A stretch of DNA of 64,000 nt from Clostridiales bacterium (lineage in GTDB: Bacteria > Bacillota > Desulfotomaculia > Desulfotomaculales > VENG01): the NCBI GenBank assembly GCA_016278505.1, contig JADQBQ010000005.1:36771-100770 (forward strand). Direction: 5' to 3'. The translations under genes were made by a program, and so were the position numbers. The first letter of the stretch is position 1; each line of letters starts with the position of its first letter. Under the pieces are notes generated by a model. That model did not search any database. It had not been told where the DNA came from and saw nothing but the letters and a program-made list of their open reading frames with translations. Positions 54,916 to 63,566 of the stretch are shown here, piece after piece.

Positions 54916-54950
54916 AGTCATTCGAAACATTCCGCATTGTTTAGGGGGGT
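54916..54950 (-). promoter_or_regulatory. candidate autoregulatory SigI-type promoter
   Basis: The minus strand reads ACCCCCC-N19-CGAATGACTGGGTGAAAAACGGCAAAG, about 75 nt upstream of the sigI start. Confidence 0.5.
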
Positions 54951-55160
54951 ATGTATACTGTGATTAACTGTGATTATAAAAAAAAACATTGAACAAACTT
55001 GCTCGCAGGTTTAACAATTCTGTTACAAAAAACAAACAGATTATGCCCGCCCCCAATTCAACAGCAAATCCTTAACACTAATGTAAAGTTTGCGCCAAGT
55101 TTTTGTAATTTTGATGATCTATAATAAAGACAATAAAACCAAGAGCACTTCGACAAAAAG

Positions 55161-55433
55161 ATGGGAGGTATATTTATGCACATGTTTTATGGCGCCTCGG
55201 GATTCGGTTTCTTGCAAATGCTTATACCGATGCTGATATGGCTTGCTGTTGTTATGGGAATGATTCACTTAGTCTCGCGGTGGTTTGGTGGTCAAAGAAA
55301 ATTTCCTAAAGAGGAAAATCTACAGCCTAGTGCAGATAATTCGTCTATTGAGTTATTAAATAGGCGTTATGCCTCAGGTGAGTTAACAACCGAGGAATAT
55401 ATAGCCATGAGGGAAGAAATCAGGGGCTACTAA
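55161..55433 (+). CDS. SHOCT-domain membrane protein
   Basis: Two hydrophobic helices, then LLNRRYASGELTTEEYIAMREEI, the SHOCT motif. Confidence 0.65.
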   Translation: MGGIFMHMFYGASGFGFLQMLIPMLIWLAVVMGMIHLVSRWFGGQRKFPKEENLQPSADNSSIELLNRRYASGELTTEEYIAMREEIRGY

Positions 55434-55531
55434 TCTTATTAGGTGTAAAGTAATTGTTTTACTTTTGCCATAACTTCGTGACATTTACCTTTTATAATTA
55501 GAGTAAATCAAATTCATACGGAGGCGATAAA

Positions 55532-55933
55532 ATGAAAAAACTTATGATCCTAACAGTAGCAGCACTTTTAATGGGTACACTGCTTATCCCGGCTGCATTC
55601 GCGGAGACACCTGAATACGGTGATTGGTTTGACCAAATGTTCCAATGGCATAACCAGTGGGTAGATGATGCGGTGGAAAACGGCCAAATGACCGAAGAGC
55701 AAGCCGAAGCCTGGCAAGACCATTTCAATTACATGAAAGACTTCCACAGCCAATATCCCATGGGAATGATGATGGGCGGCTATGGTATGATGGGACCCGG
55801 TTACGGTGAAAATGCAGGCTACGGCGGCTACATGGGTTCCGGTTCCGGTTATGGAATGGGTGGCTACGGCGGCATGATGGGACAGGGTTATGGAATGGGC
55901 GGTTATGGATACAGCCCTAACAATTCAAACTAA
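55532..55933 (+). CDS. secreted Met/Gly/Tyr-rich small protein (family member 5)
   Basis: Signal peptide ending AFA-ET, an AWQDHFNYMKDFHSQY core and a long (G/M/Y)n tail. Confidence 0.6.
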   Translation: MKKLMILTVAALLMGTLLIPAAFAETPEYGDWFDQMFQWHNQWVDDAVENGQMTEEQAEAWQDHFNYMKDFHSQYPMGMMMGGYGMMGPGYGENAGYGGYMGSGSGYGMGGYGGMMGQGYGMGGYGYSPNNSN

Positions 55934-55947
55934 TAGAGAAATATTTA

Positions 55948-55976
55948 AAGAGACCGTTTTGATAACGGTCTCTTTT
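55948..55976 (+). terminator. intrinsic terminator
   Basis: agagaccgtt / aacggtctct stem followed by a T-run. Confidence 0.8.
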
Positions 55977-56137
55977 GAGTTCCCAACAGTACAACAACGC
56001 ATAAAGGATAAAAACCAGCCGGTTTCTTATATAAGAAGGTTAAAAAACAGAGACTATAGAAAGTGTTTAAAAACAATACTAATATATTTTTTAAAATAAT
56101 ATGAATGAATATTCATTTATATTAAGAGGAGGATAAC

Positions 56138-56935
56138 ATGATCAAAATTAATAACCATAACGGAATAACTTACACCAAAATAGCTGCTAAATTTTTCAAC
56201 TATAGATTGAATGTGTATATCTACATTGATGATCAAATTCTGATTGATACCGGCCCAAGCCGTTTTGCTAAAGCACTTAATGATTTTTTTAAAACCCATA
56301 CTATTAAGAAAGCTATTCTCACCCATTGCCATGAAGATCACAGCGGAAACGCCCCATTATTAGAAAAAACAGGCATTCCCATATATACACATCCCACTGT
56401 CATATCCTTTTGCAGAAAAAAAGCAAGACTTCCCGCATACCGCCGTTTCTTCTGGGGTAAACGACTAAACTTCAACCCACTGCCTCTTTCCGGCAACGTG
56501 GAGGGAGATAATAAAACGCTGGAAGTTTTGGAATTGCCGGGGCATTCTTCTGACCACGTGGCATTTTATAACGCCAAGAACGGTTATGTTTTTACCGGCG
56601 ATCTGTTTGTTTCTCCAAAAACTAAAATGATAATGCCTGAAGAATCCATCTCCGAAACGATCAATTCCTTACAAACTTTATTGCAGAGAGACTTTCAAAC
56701 CATTTACTGTGCCCATGCCGGGGTGGTGGAAAAGGGCCGAGAAATGATGCAGAAAAAATTAGAACATTTAAAACAGCTGCAAGGTGAAGTCATTAAACTA
56801 CACCGGCAGGGTTTTGATATTCAGGCTATTAATAAAAGGATCTTTCCGCAAAAGGCTCCCATTAGCCTGATTTCAAGAAATGAATGGTGTTCAGAAAACA
56901 TTATCAAATCCATAATCAAAGACTTAAACAGGTAA
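56138..56935 (+). CDS. MBL-fold metallo-hydrolase
   Basis: HCHEDHSGN (the HxHxDH motif) plus downstream His/Asp ligand positions. Confidence 0.8.
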   Translation: MIKINNHNGITYTKIAAKFFNYRLNVYIYIDDQILIDTGPSRFAKALNDFFKTHTIKKAILTHCHEDHSGNAPLLEKTGIPIYTHPTVISFCRKKARLPAYRRFFWGKRLNFNPLPLSGNVEGDNKTLEVLELPGHSSDHVAFYNAKNGYVFTGDLFVSPKTKMIMPEESISETINSLQTLLQRDFQTIYCAHAGVVEKGREMMQKKLEHLKQLQGEVIKLHRQGFDIQAINKRIFPQKAPISLISRNEWCSENIIKSIIKDLNR

Positions 56936-57163
56936 CTTTGCTTTAGTGAACAAGTAATTTACTGCCACATCATTACATGCACGCAGTTTTTTATTCAGCA
57001 AGTGGCTGTGCCGGGGCGGCCATAACATAATATTAATTAACATGGCCACAACAAGCCCAATCAAGATAACGGCTGTCCTGCCCAAAGCATGCGTAAGGAA
57101 CTGCATAGACATACATCCTCACGAAATTGTGGTATGATTACTTCTTGTATATGGCAGTTACTT

Positions 57164-57619
57164 TTATTGCATTATGGCGGCCACAACAAATACCACGTAA
57201 AATACTGCAACAAATGCCAATGTGGCAGGGCGAAGTACTTTTTTAAACGTTAAGCTTAAATAAACCAATCCTGCCCCGAACAGGGCCAAAACGGCACTGG
57301 TCACTGCAAGTTCAGACAGGTTCCAAGGTGTCAACGCTATACCTAAAGCCGGTATAAGAGAACTTTGAAACACCATCGCTCCCGTAATATTTCCCAGTGC
57401 TAAAGTGTCCTTTCCCTGGCGCACCCAAATGACGCTGTTGAATTTTTCCGGTAGCTCAGTGGCGATAGGGGCAATAAATATAGACAATACAAATGGTGAA
57501 ATTTGAAAAATTTGCGCTATATGCTTTATTGCATCCACAAATAAATGTGCACCCAAGATTATACCACCCAGAGCAAAATATGCTTTAATATAAAAAAAGC
57601 GCGCCAAATTAGTTCCCAT
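57164..57619 (-). CDS. half-length CaCA-family (sodium/calcium exchanger-type) membrane protein
   Basis: 151 aa with a single alpha-repeat (ATELPEKF...LGNITGAMVFQSSL). No second half is present upstream. Confidence 0.5.
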   Translation of the reverse strand: MGTNLARFFYIKAYFALGGIILGAHLFVDAIKHIAQIFQISPFVLSIFIAPIATELPEKFNSVIWVRQGKDTLALGNITGAMVFQSSLIPALGIALTPWNLSELAVTSAVLALFGAGLVYLSLTFKKVLRPATLAFVAVFYVVFVVAAIMQ

Positions 57620-57750
57620 AGTGCGCGCTTGTTAGTACTTTACATCCTAAAGTATTAACAAAAAGTAAGACCATTACGCATTCTTTTCACGTAAGGGTCT
57701 CACTTAGCAATTTAACCACAGTTCGCTACCGTCAAATTGAGCCTACGACC

Positions 57751-58350
57751 TTAATTATGGCCTCTATTTTCGTTTTTAGCACCTTTATTACGGTACCATC
57801 TAACTAAATAAATAACGATACCAAGTAAACCTATGCCTAAGGTAAGCAGGGCAAAAGGCCCACTTTCCAAAAAGGCTTTAGCAGACTGCCCATAAAAGGT
57901 AATTATGGCGGCCACAAGAAAGAAGCGGGCTCCTCTGCCTAAAGTAGACCAAAAAACAAGCTTTTTCAATGACAACCCCAAAGCACCCGATGAAACAGTA
58001 ATTAACTTAAAAGGGATGGGAGTAAAGGAAGCCATCAATACCGCCATCACACCGTGAACCTGTATAATGCCTTCTGCCTTGGCCAATTTGCTTTCGGAAA
58101 AAATTTTTCTGACCAGTGGTTTGCCACCCTTTAAGCCCAACCAGTACCCAATCAGCGCACCTATAACCGAGGTTATCGTAGTAACAAAGGCAAGCCAAAA
58201 GGCACCGGAGGGATCTATCAGGCTTAAAGGAATAAATAAAACCTCGGGTGGTATAGGACTAATAAAAGAATCCAATAAAGTTAATAACATTAACCCCCAT
58301 ACCCCAAACTCTTCTGCCACCGCTAATACCCATTCTATTATGGCATCCAT
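57751..58350 (-). CDS. DedA/YqaA-family (VTT domain) membrane protein
   Basis: 199 aa (LLDSFISPIPPEVLFIP...GYWLG..GG). Confidence 0.75.
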   Translation of the reverse strand: MDAIIEWVLAVAEEFGVWGLMLLTLLDSFISPIPPEVLFIPLSLIDPSGAFWLAFVTTITSVIGALIGYWLGLKGGKPLVRKIFSESKLAKAEGIIQVHGVMAVLMASFTPIPFKLITVSSGALGLSLKKLVFWSTLGRGARFFLVAAIITFYGQSAKAFLESGPFALLTLGIGLLGIVIYLVRWYRNKGAKNENRGHN

Positions 58351-58356
58351 TAATAA

Positions 58357-59196
58357 TTATAACCTCATGCTGTGAAGTTTTTCTACCCGCTCTTCTATGG
58401 GCGGATGAGTACTGAAAAGTTTCGCCATGGACGCTCCCGAAAGCGGGTTTACAATAAAGAGATGTGATGAGGCTGGATTGGTCTTCATGGGAATCCTATG
58501 AGCTGCCGACTGCAATTTTAATAATGCACTGGCAAGACCTTCCGGTGCCCCGGCAATCTGTGCGCCTGTGGAATCAGCCATGTATTCCCGGGAGCGAGAG
58601 ATGGCCATCTGAATAACCATTGCAGCTATGGGGGCCAGGAAAGCCATAATCAGGCCGCCCACCATACCGCCTCCATCTTCATCATCGCCGCCCATACCAA
58701 ATATAGCCGCCCACTGAAATACGTTGGCTATCATGGTTATGGCTCCGGCCAGAGCAGCAGCAATAGTGCCCACCAGAACATCCCTATTCTTTATATGCGC
58801 TAACTCATGCGCCAAAACCCCTTCCACTTCAGAACGATTTAAGAGCCGCATCAACCCTTCAGTAACGGCCACTGCCGCGTGCGACGGGTTGCGCCCAGTA
58901 GCAAAGGCGTTGGGCTGGTCTGATGGGGTTACATAAAGTTTTGGCATCGGTATGCCTGCCCGCCGGGACAGTCTCTTCACTATGTCGTACAATTCAGGCG
59001 CCTCTGATTCGGACACCGGGTATGATTTTGTCATTTTTATAGCAATTTTATCACTCTTGAAATAACCGAACAAATTCAACCCCATGGCAATCAAGAAAAA
59101 TAAAAAGGCTCCGGATTCTCCTCCAAGGGCACTTCCCATGAATACAAGTAAAACGGAGAGTAAGCCCATTAACATCCAGGCTTTTAATGTATTCAT
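58357..59196 (-). CDS. htpX: M48-family zinc metalloprotease HtpX
   Basis: HELAHIKNRD zinc motif, 4 TM segments, typical HtpX length. Confidence 0.9.
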   Translation of the reverse strand: MNTLKAWMLMGLLSVLLVFMGSALGGESGAFLFFLIAMGLNLFGYFKSDKIAIKMTKSYPVSESEAPELYDIVKRLSRRAGIPMPKLYVTPSDQPNAFATGRNPSHAAVAVTEGLMRLLNRSEVEGVLAHELAHIKNRDVLVGTIAAALAGAITMIANVFQWAAIFGMGGDDEDGGGMVGGLIMAFLAPIAAMVIQMAISRSREYMADSTGAQIAGAPEGLASALLKLQSAAHRIPMKTNPASSHLFIVNPLSGASMAKLFSTHPPIEERVEKLHSMRL

Positions 59197-59327
59197 TTTT
59201 CATAACCTCCACACAAAATATTTTGAGGTATTATAGATAGGAAAAATATAAAGCGTAAGCGTCTGGTTTACCTTCGCTCTATTACATTATATACCATCCG
59301 ACACCCAGTGTGCAGTTCTAATGATGG

Positions 59328-59855
59328 TTAATAAGAATTATCTTCAGGGGCTTTATTTTTTATTTGCATAGATTTTGTATCCTTTTTCTTAAATAATTTA
59401 CTCGAATTCTTGTAAATGAGGGGGAATATAAAGTATGCCAAGACCGCTACCAATGAAGCATTAATAATACTTCCCAGCAAATAGGCAGGACCGGCATGAG
59501 TAAAGAAATCTATAATTCTGTCCCAAAAGGACAGATCATACGCAATACTCTGGGGCAGTCTTTCACTGGAAGTAATAAACAGGGCCCCGGTCTTATAGTT
59601 AAGAATATATAGGATGGGTGATACATAGGTCAACAAAAGCGCCGGTAACGTGGTAACTACAATATTTAACCTGAGCATTTTAGCCAGTAGCACGCCTAAG
59701 GGGATATTTATACCGGGCAAAGGCAAAAAGGCGAGTCCGAAACCCAGTGCCATACTTTTAGCTAATTTGTAAGGGCAATCCTTAATATTAAATATTTGTA
59801 AGACTCTATTTTTTATATTTTGGATTTTGATCGCTCCTCGCTGAAGATAAAACAC
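59328..59855 (-). CDS. DUF2062-family membrane protein
   Basis: 175 aa (LAKSMALGFGLAFLPLPGINI...). Confidence 0.55.
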   Translation of the reverse strand: MFYLQRGAIKIQNIKNRVLQIFNIKDCPYKLAKSMALGFGLAFLPLPGINIPLGVLLAKMLRLNIVVTTLPALLLTYVSPILYILNYKTGALFITSSERLPQSIAYDLSFWDRIIDFFTHAGPAYLLGSIINASLVAVLAYFIFPLIYKNSSKLFKKKDTKSMQIKNKAPEDNSY

Positions 59856-60044
59856 CTACTCCATTTTAATTATACAATCTCAACCTCAAACTGTACAGGT
59901 TAACGTATTTGTCTCTAATCACACAATATTCCGGCTTTTTTACAGCGTGCACATATGTACGACAAGATAGCAAATCTATTAAGACATAAAAGAGGAGCAA
60001 TTTCCTAACGGAAATTGCTCCTCTTTATTTTAATATCTGCTGTA

Positions 60045-60242
60045 TTAATCAGCGATAACATTTGCGGCTTGAGGGCCACGGTTACCTTCAACAACGTCAA
60101 AAGTTACATCCTGACCTTCCTCAAGATTCTTAAAGCCTTCGCCTTGGATTGCGGAAAAATGAACAAATACATCATTACCTTCACTTGTCTCAATAAAACC
60201 GAATCCCTTTTCTGTGCTGAACCACTTTACTTTACCAACCAT
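60045..60242 (-). CDS. csp: cold-shock protein (CspA family)
   Basis: [18 protein letters not shown]...DVFVHFSAI carries the RNP1/RNP2 motifs. SD aggagg precedes the ATG at 60242. Confidence 0.9.
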   Translation of the reverse strand: MVGKVKWFSTEKGFGFIETSEGNDVFVHFSAIQGEGFKNLEEGQDVTFDVVEGNRGPQAANVIAD

Positions 60243-60533
60243 TCTAAAACCTCCTTTTACTATAGAATTGCTCAAAAGCTTAAAACTCAAAAACCTTGAC
60301 CAATCATAATAAAATAAAAGGTCTTAAAATGGTTTGCGTTTTCAACTTTTTAACACTTGTCTAATAATAACACAGTCTACGATAAATAGCAAATAAAACA
60401 TAAAAATATTTAAAAAGCATATAAATGTAACTATTTTATTAATTACTTAAGTTATCATATATATCTTTCTAAATATAAACAGGCTAAGGAATGTATAGTC
60501 ACCTTAGCCCATATTAATAATATTATATTAATG

Positions 60534-60848
60534 TTATTTTGAATCCACTTCATTTTTAGACCTTTTGGCATAACAATCGACACAATATAAAGGCTGGTCC
60601 TCACTTGGTTTAACAGGAACTCTAGCCTCCACGCCACATCCGGCACAAATGGCAGAATACATTTGACGCTTTTGTCGACTGCCTCCACGGCTATTACGTT
60701 TATTACTACGGCCTTTAAGATTAGCCCGGCATTGCTGACATCGCTTTGGATTAGTAAAGCCTTTCTCTGAAAAAAATTCTTGCTCCGATGCAGAAAACAA
60801 AAATTCAGTTCCGCAATCGCAGCATTTTAAATTTTTATCTACAAACAT
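60534..60848 (-). CDS. CxxC-x17-CxxC zinc-ribbon protein
   Basis: From the ATG at 60848: KCCDCGTEFLFSASEQEFF..KGF..PKRCQQCR, plus a second CAGCG...YCVDC ribbon. Confidence 0.65.
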   Translation of the reverse strand: MFVDKNLKCCDCGTEFLFSASEQEFFSEKGFTNPKRCQQCRANLKGRSNKRNSRGGSRQKRQMYSAICAGCGVEARVPVKPSEDQPLYCVDCYAKRSKNEVDSK

Positions 60849-61088
60849 GTTAAAACCTCCCCGTAGATTTTTCCGTTGAGTAAGCGCATATATCCCAAAC
60901 CAAGTGAAAAATTTAGAGAGGAGAAAAATGCAAAACCTACCTAGGAACACTTCATTTTAACACAAATACATCTTATTGGTCAAAAATCAATTGAGAAACT
61001 CACATTCAAGCCCTTACCAACCGGTGAGTGAGACATAAACTTAAGACGCACCCACCGGTCTTACCGTGAGGGTGCGTTATACTTCCGC

Positions 61089-61547
61089 TCAAACCAGGGG
61101 AAACATTATCCTGGTTTTGAGCTCGTCTTCCGGTGTTACGGCAGGGTCATTATAATAAAATTCGTAAGCCACGCCGGTAGGGGTAAGACCTTTCTCCTTT
61201 ACCCACTCCATCAAGGCGTTATAGGCAGACTCTATCTTGTGATACGGTCCCACATGCATACAAACAGCGTATTTCCCCGCTGGAATTTTACCAGGCTTAA
61301 TATTGTCTTTTGCGGGTAACTCCTTTTGTACCAGAAAGCCTGCTTCGATGTCAAGATCCTGCATGTCCATATTATAATAAGCGGCAAAAGTGGCCTGGGA
61401 TGGTTCTTCACCCAGCTCAGAGAAATACTCCGTAATAGCGGTATAAATATTACCTAACTCCTGTGGCAGGTTTTCCACAGATGATCTCGTTCGGATTGAT
61501 AGTACAAAATTGGCCGGTTGTTCGACTATTCCACATGTATACTTCAC
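61089..61547 (-). CDS. GyrI-like small-molecule-binding domain protein
   Basis: 152 aa in a two-repeat beta-alpha pattern with GPY...Y..L..W typical of the GyrI-like/AraC effector domain. Confidence 0.65.
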   Translation of the reverse strand: MKYTCGIVEQPANFVLSIRTRSSVENLPQELGNIYTAITEYFSELGEEPSQATFAAYYNMDMQDLDIEAGFLVQKELPAKDNIKPGKIPAGKYAVCMHVGPYHKIESAYNALMEWVKEKGLTPTGVAYEFYYNDPAVTPEDELKTRIMFPLV

Positions 61548-61811
61548 GGGTGGCCTCCTCCTAACAAAAAATAGTATACTGTTTTAATTGCCTGAGAAAT
61601 TCTACCACAACTAACATTTGATTTCAATTATTTATATAAGGCTTTTCACTGAATATGGGATCTTCCAGGAGCCTACAAGGCGGCAGGCCATCTTCTTTTC
61701 TGATCTCTTCCTAACTATAAAAAGTCCTGGCCCTTAAAAAAAAGGACCGGGACTTTACCATCATCTTAGGTATTATGTTTTCCACAACATCTCCGGCCAA
61801 GTTAAAAAACA

Positions 61812-62165
61812 TCAATATTTTTCCAACTCATATAGCACTGCTCCACAATGAGCACAAAACTTGGCGTTATGAGGATTCACGCTATTACATTGTTTACATT
61901 TGTTTTCTTCCGGAACTTGTGCCTTAAGTTGTATCTCCAACTGTTTAATTTCTTCACACAGTTCCGCTACCGCCTCGCTATCCAAGTTATTTTCCTTATA
62001 TTGGTTATACACCAAATCGCCTAACTGATTTTTCTTTTTGTTAATTTCATACTCTATTTTTGATGCCGATATTTTTGTTTGGGCAATATCAATAAACTCC
62101 TCGGACTTTTGCTTTATGTGATCCGTGATTCTGAAAAAGTCGTCTTTAAAAGCCAAAAAAATCAC
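61812..62165 (-). CDS. coiled-coil protein with C-terminal zinc ribbon
   Basis: CKQCNSVNPHNAKFCAHCG at the C-terminus. Confidence 0.5.
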   Translation of the reverse strand: MIFLAFKDDFFRITDHIKQKSEEFIDIAQTKISASKIEYEINKKKNQLGDLVYNQYKENNLDSEAVAELCEEIKQLEIQLKAQVPEENKCKQCNSVNPHNAKFCAHCGAVLYELEKY

Positions 62166-62436
62166 TCCTTAATAACATTCATTATTTTGACAAAATTTTA
62201 CCACTAAATAAAGAGAGAAGCAAGGCGCAAGTGGGGACGGTTCTTGCTTGCGCGGCTTTATGGATAACACTATTTTGAGGTTTGGCAGGAACCATTGGGG
62301 TAGGTGGTTTCGTAGGCGTCCCGGCTATGATATACTTATAAGGTGCTCCACATACGTGGATAGCATAACTTTACGACACAGGAGAAAACCAAGTAGATAC
62401 TATATCCTCTCATTAGAATTTTTTTTGCCATAAGCC

Positions 62437-62476
62437 AATACCATATGCCGCGGCCAAAGCCGCGGCATATGGTATT
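62437..62476. repeat. perfect 17-bp-stem hairpin (aataccatatgccgcgg-ccaaag-ccgcggcatatggtatt)
   Basis: Read directly. There is no U-run on either strand after the stem, so it is not a canonical terminator. Confidence 0.7.
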
Positions 62477-62560
62477 CCGCAGCGCAAGGAAAATAAAATA
62501 TATCTTAAAAAGCAATCCTTTGGCGCTGGTTTTATTTTAGAAAAGAAGTGAGTTTAAGGG

Positions 62561-63196
62561 GTGGTTCCAATGACTGAACGTGAATTTCTTATTCAATTTT
62601 CCCACTTTAAGCAAGAATTCCTTGATACATCAAAGCGTCCGGCCGGAAAGCCGAAAGGAAACAGAAAGAAGGTATTGGAGAACTTTGAGCGGTGGCTGCA
62701 GCTCAGGGCAAAAATGGAAAAGGCTGAGATGACGTTCAGTGATTTTTTGAATAATGTGGTACTAGTCGCCGGTAAGATTTTGGAAAATAATAATATAGCC
62801 ATATCCTGTCCATCCCCGGTATTTAAAGAATCTAAGCGCTGCATAAGTATCTTTAATAATTCCACCGTATTTTACCGTATAGGTAGGGTAAGACCCCGGC
62901 GTGGCTTTAACAAGGGGCAGAACATACTGGTCATCGAACTGGTAATGGATGGACACAAGAAGTCGGTATTCCTTCCTTTACTGGAAATGAAAGAGGAAAT
63001 TGAAGAAAGGTTAGGAGAAAAGCTACTGCGGGAACTCCCCCGAACAGAAGCAGCAGGGCATTACAGAGTAAAAACTTTTCTTCCTTATCATCTGGTGGAA
63101 TCAAATGATGTCCAAATAGTGGCCAGGGACTTAGCAGATTTCATATTGGCCACACTTCCCAGCCTGGAAAAACTGGGGTTAAGCAGGCACCCTTAA
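62561..63196 (+). CDS. hypothetical protein
   Basis: 211 aa ORF. No family assigned with confidence. Confidence 0.4.
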   Translation: MVPMTEREFLIQFSHFKQEFLDTSKRPAGKPKGNRKKVLENFERWLQLRAKMEKAEMTFSDFLNNVVLVAGKILENNNIAISCPSPVFKESKRCISIFNNSTVFYRIGRVRPRRGFNKGQNILVIELVMDGHKKSVFLPLLEMKEEIEERLGEKLLRELPRTEAAGHYRVKTFLPYHLVESNDVQIVARDLADFILATLPSLEKLGLSRHP

Positions 63197-63335
63197 GTTA
63201 GACGTAAGTATTGGGGCGCGCGGCATGTCCAATGGCCACCATGAGTAGGGAAGTGCCGGATCGTATGGGATTGTTAAGATTACAGTCTTCTGGAATATAT
63301 CTTTGACCACAGCATTTGGGGGAAATACATTGTAA

Positions 63336-63521
63336 TGGGTTTCCATTGCTGCCGGCATTGGGATCAAAGGGAAAAAAGGAAAGCTCATTATTTACTGCAG
63401 AACAGGTAACAGAAGTGCCGATACAGCTGAATTTCTGGTAGATAAGGGTTTTGATAATGTCTATAATCTAAAAGACGGTATTGTTGGTTGGGCGTATAAA
63501 AAGGCCGATTATAAAGTTTAA
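63336..63521 (+). pseudogene. rhodanese-domain C-terminal fragment without a start codon
   Basis: KLIIYCRTGNRSADTAEFLVDKGFDNVYNLKDGIVGWAY is the rhodanese active-site loop and C-terminus. The frame opens after a TAA at 63333 and contains no ATG/GTG/TTG. Confidence 0.5.
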
Positions 63522-63566
63522 ACACCCGTTTCCCTTTCTTGCCGGGACCGGGTGTTTTGCTGTCTT

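Noticed and set aside
63179-63388. Minus-strand 69-aa ORF.
   Set aside because: It is antisense to the rhodanese remnant and to the 3' end of the preceding gene. It has a Pro/Phe-rich odd composition and no SD.
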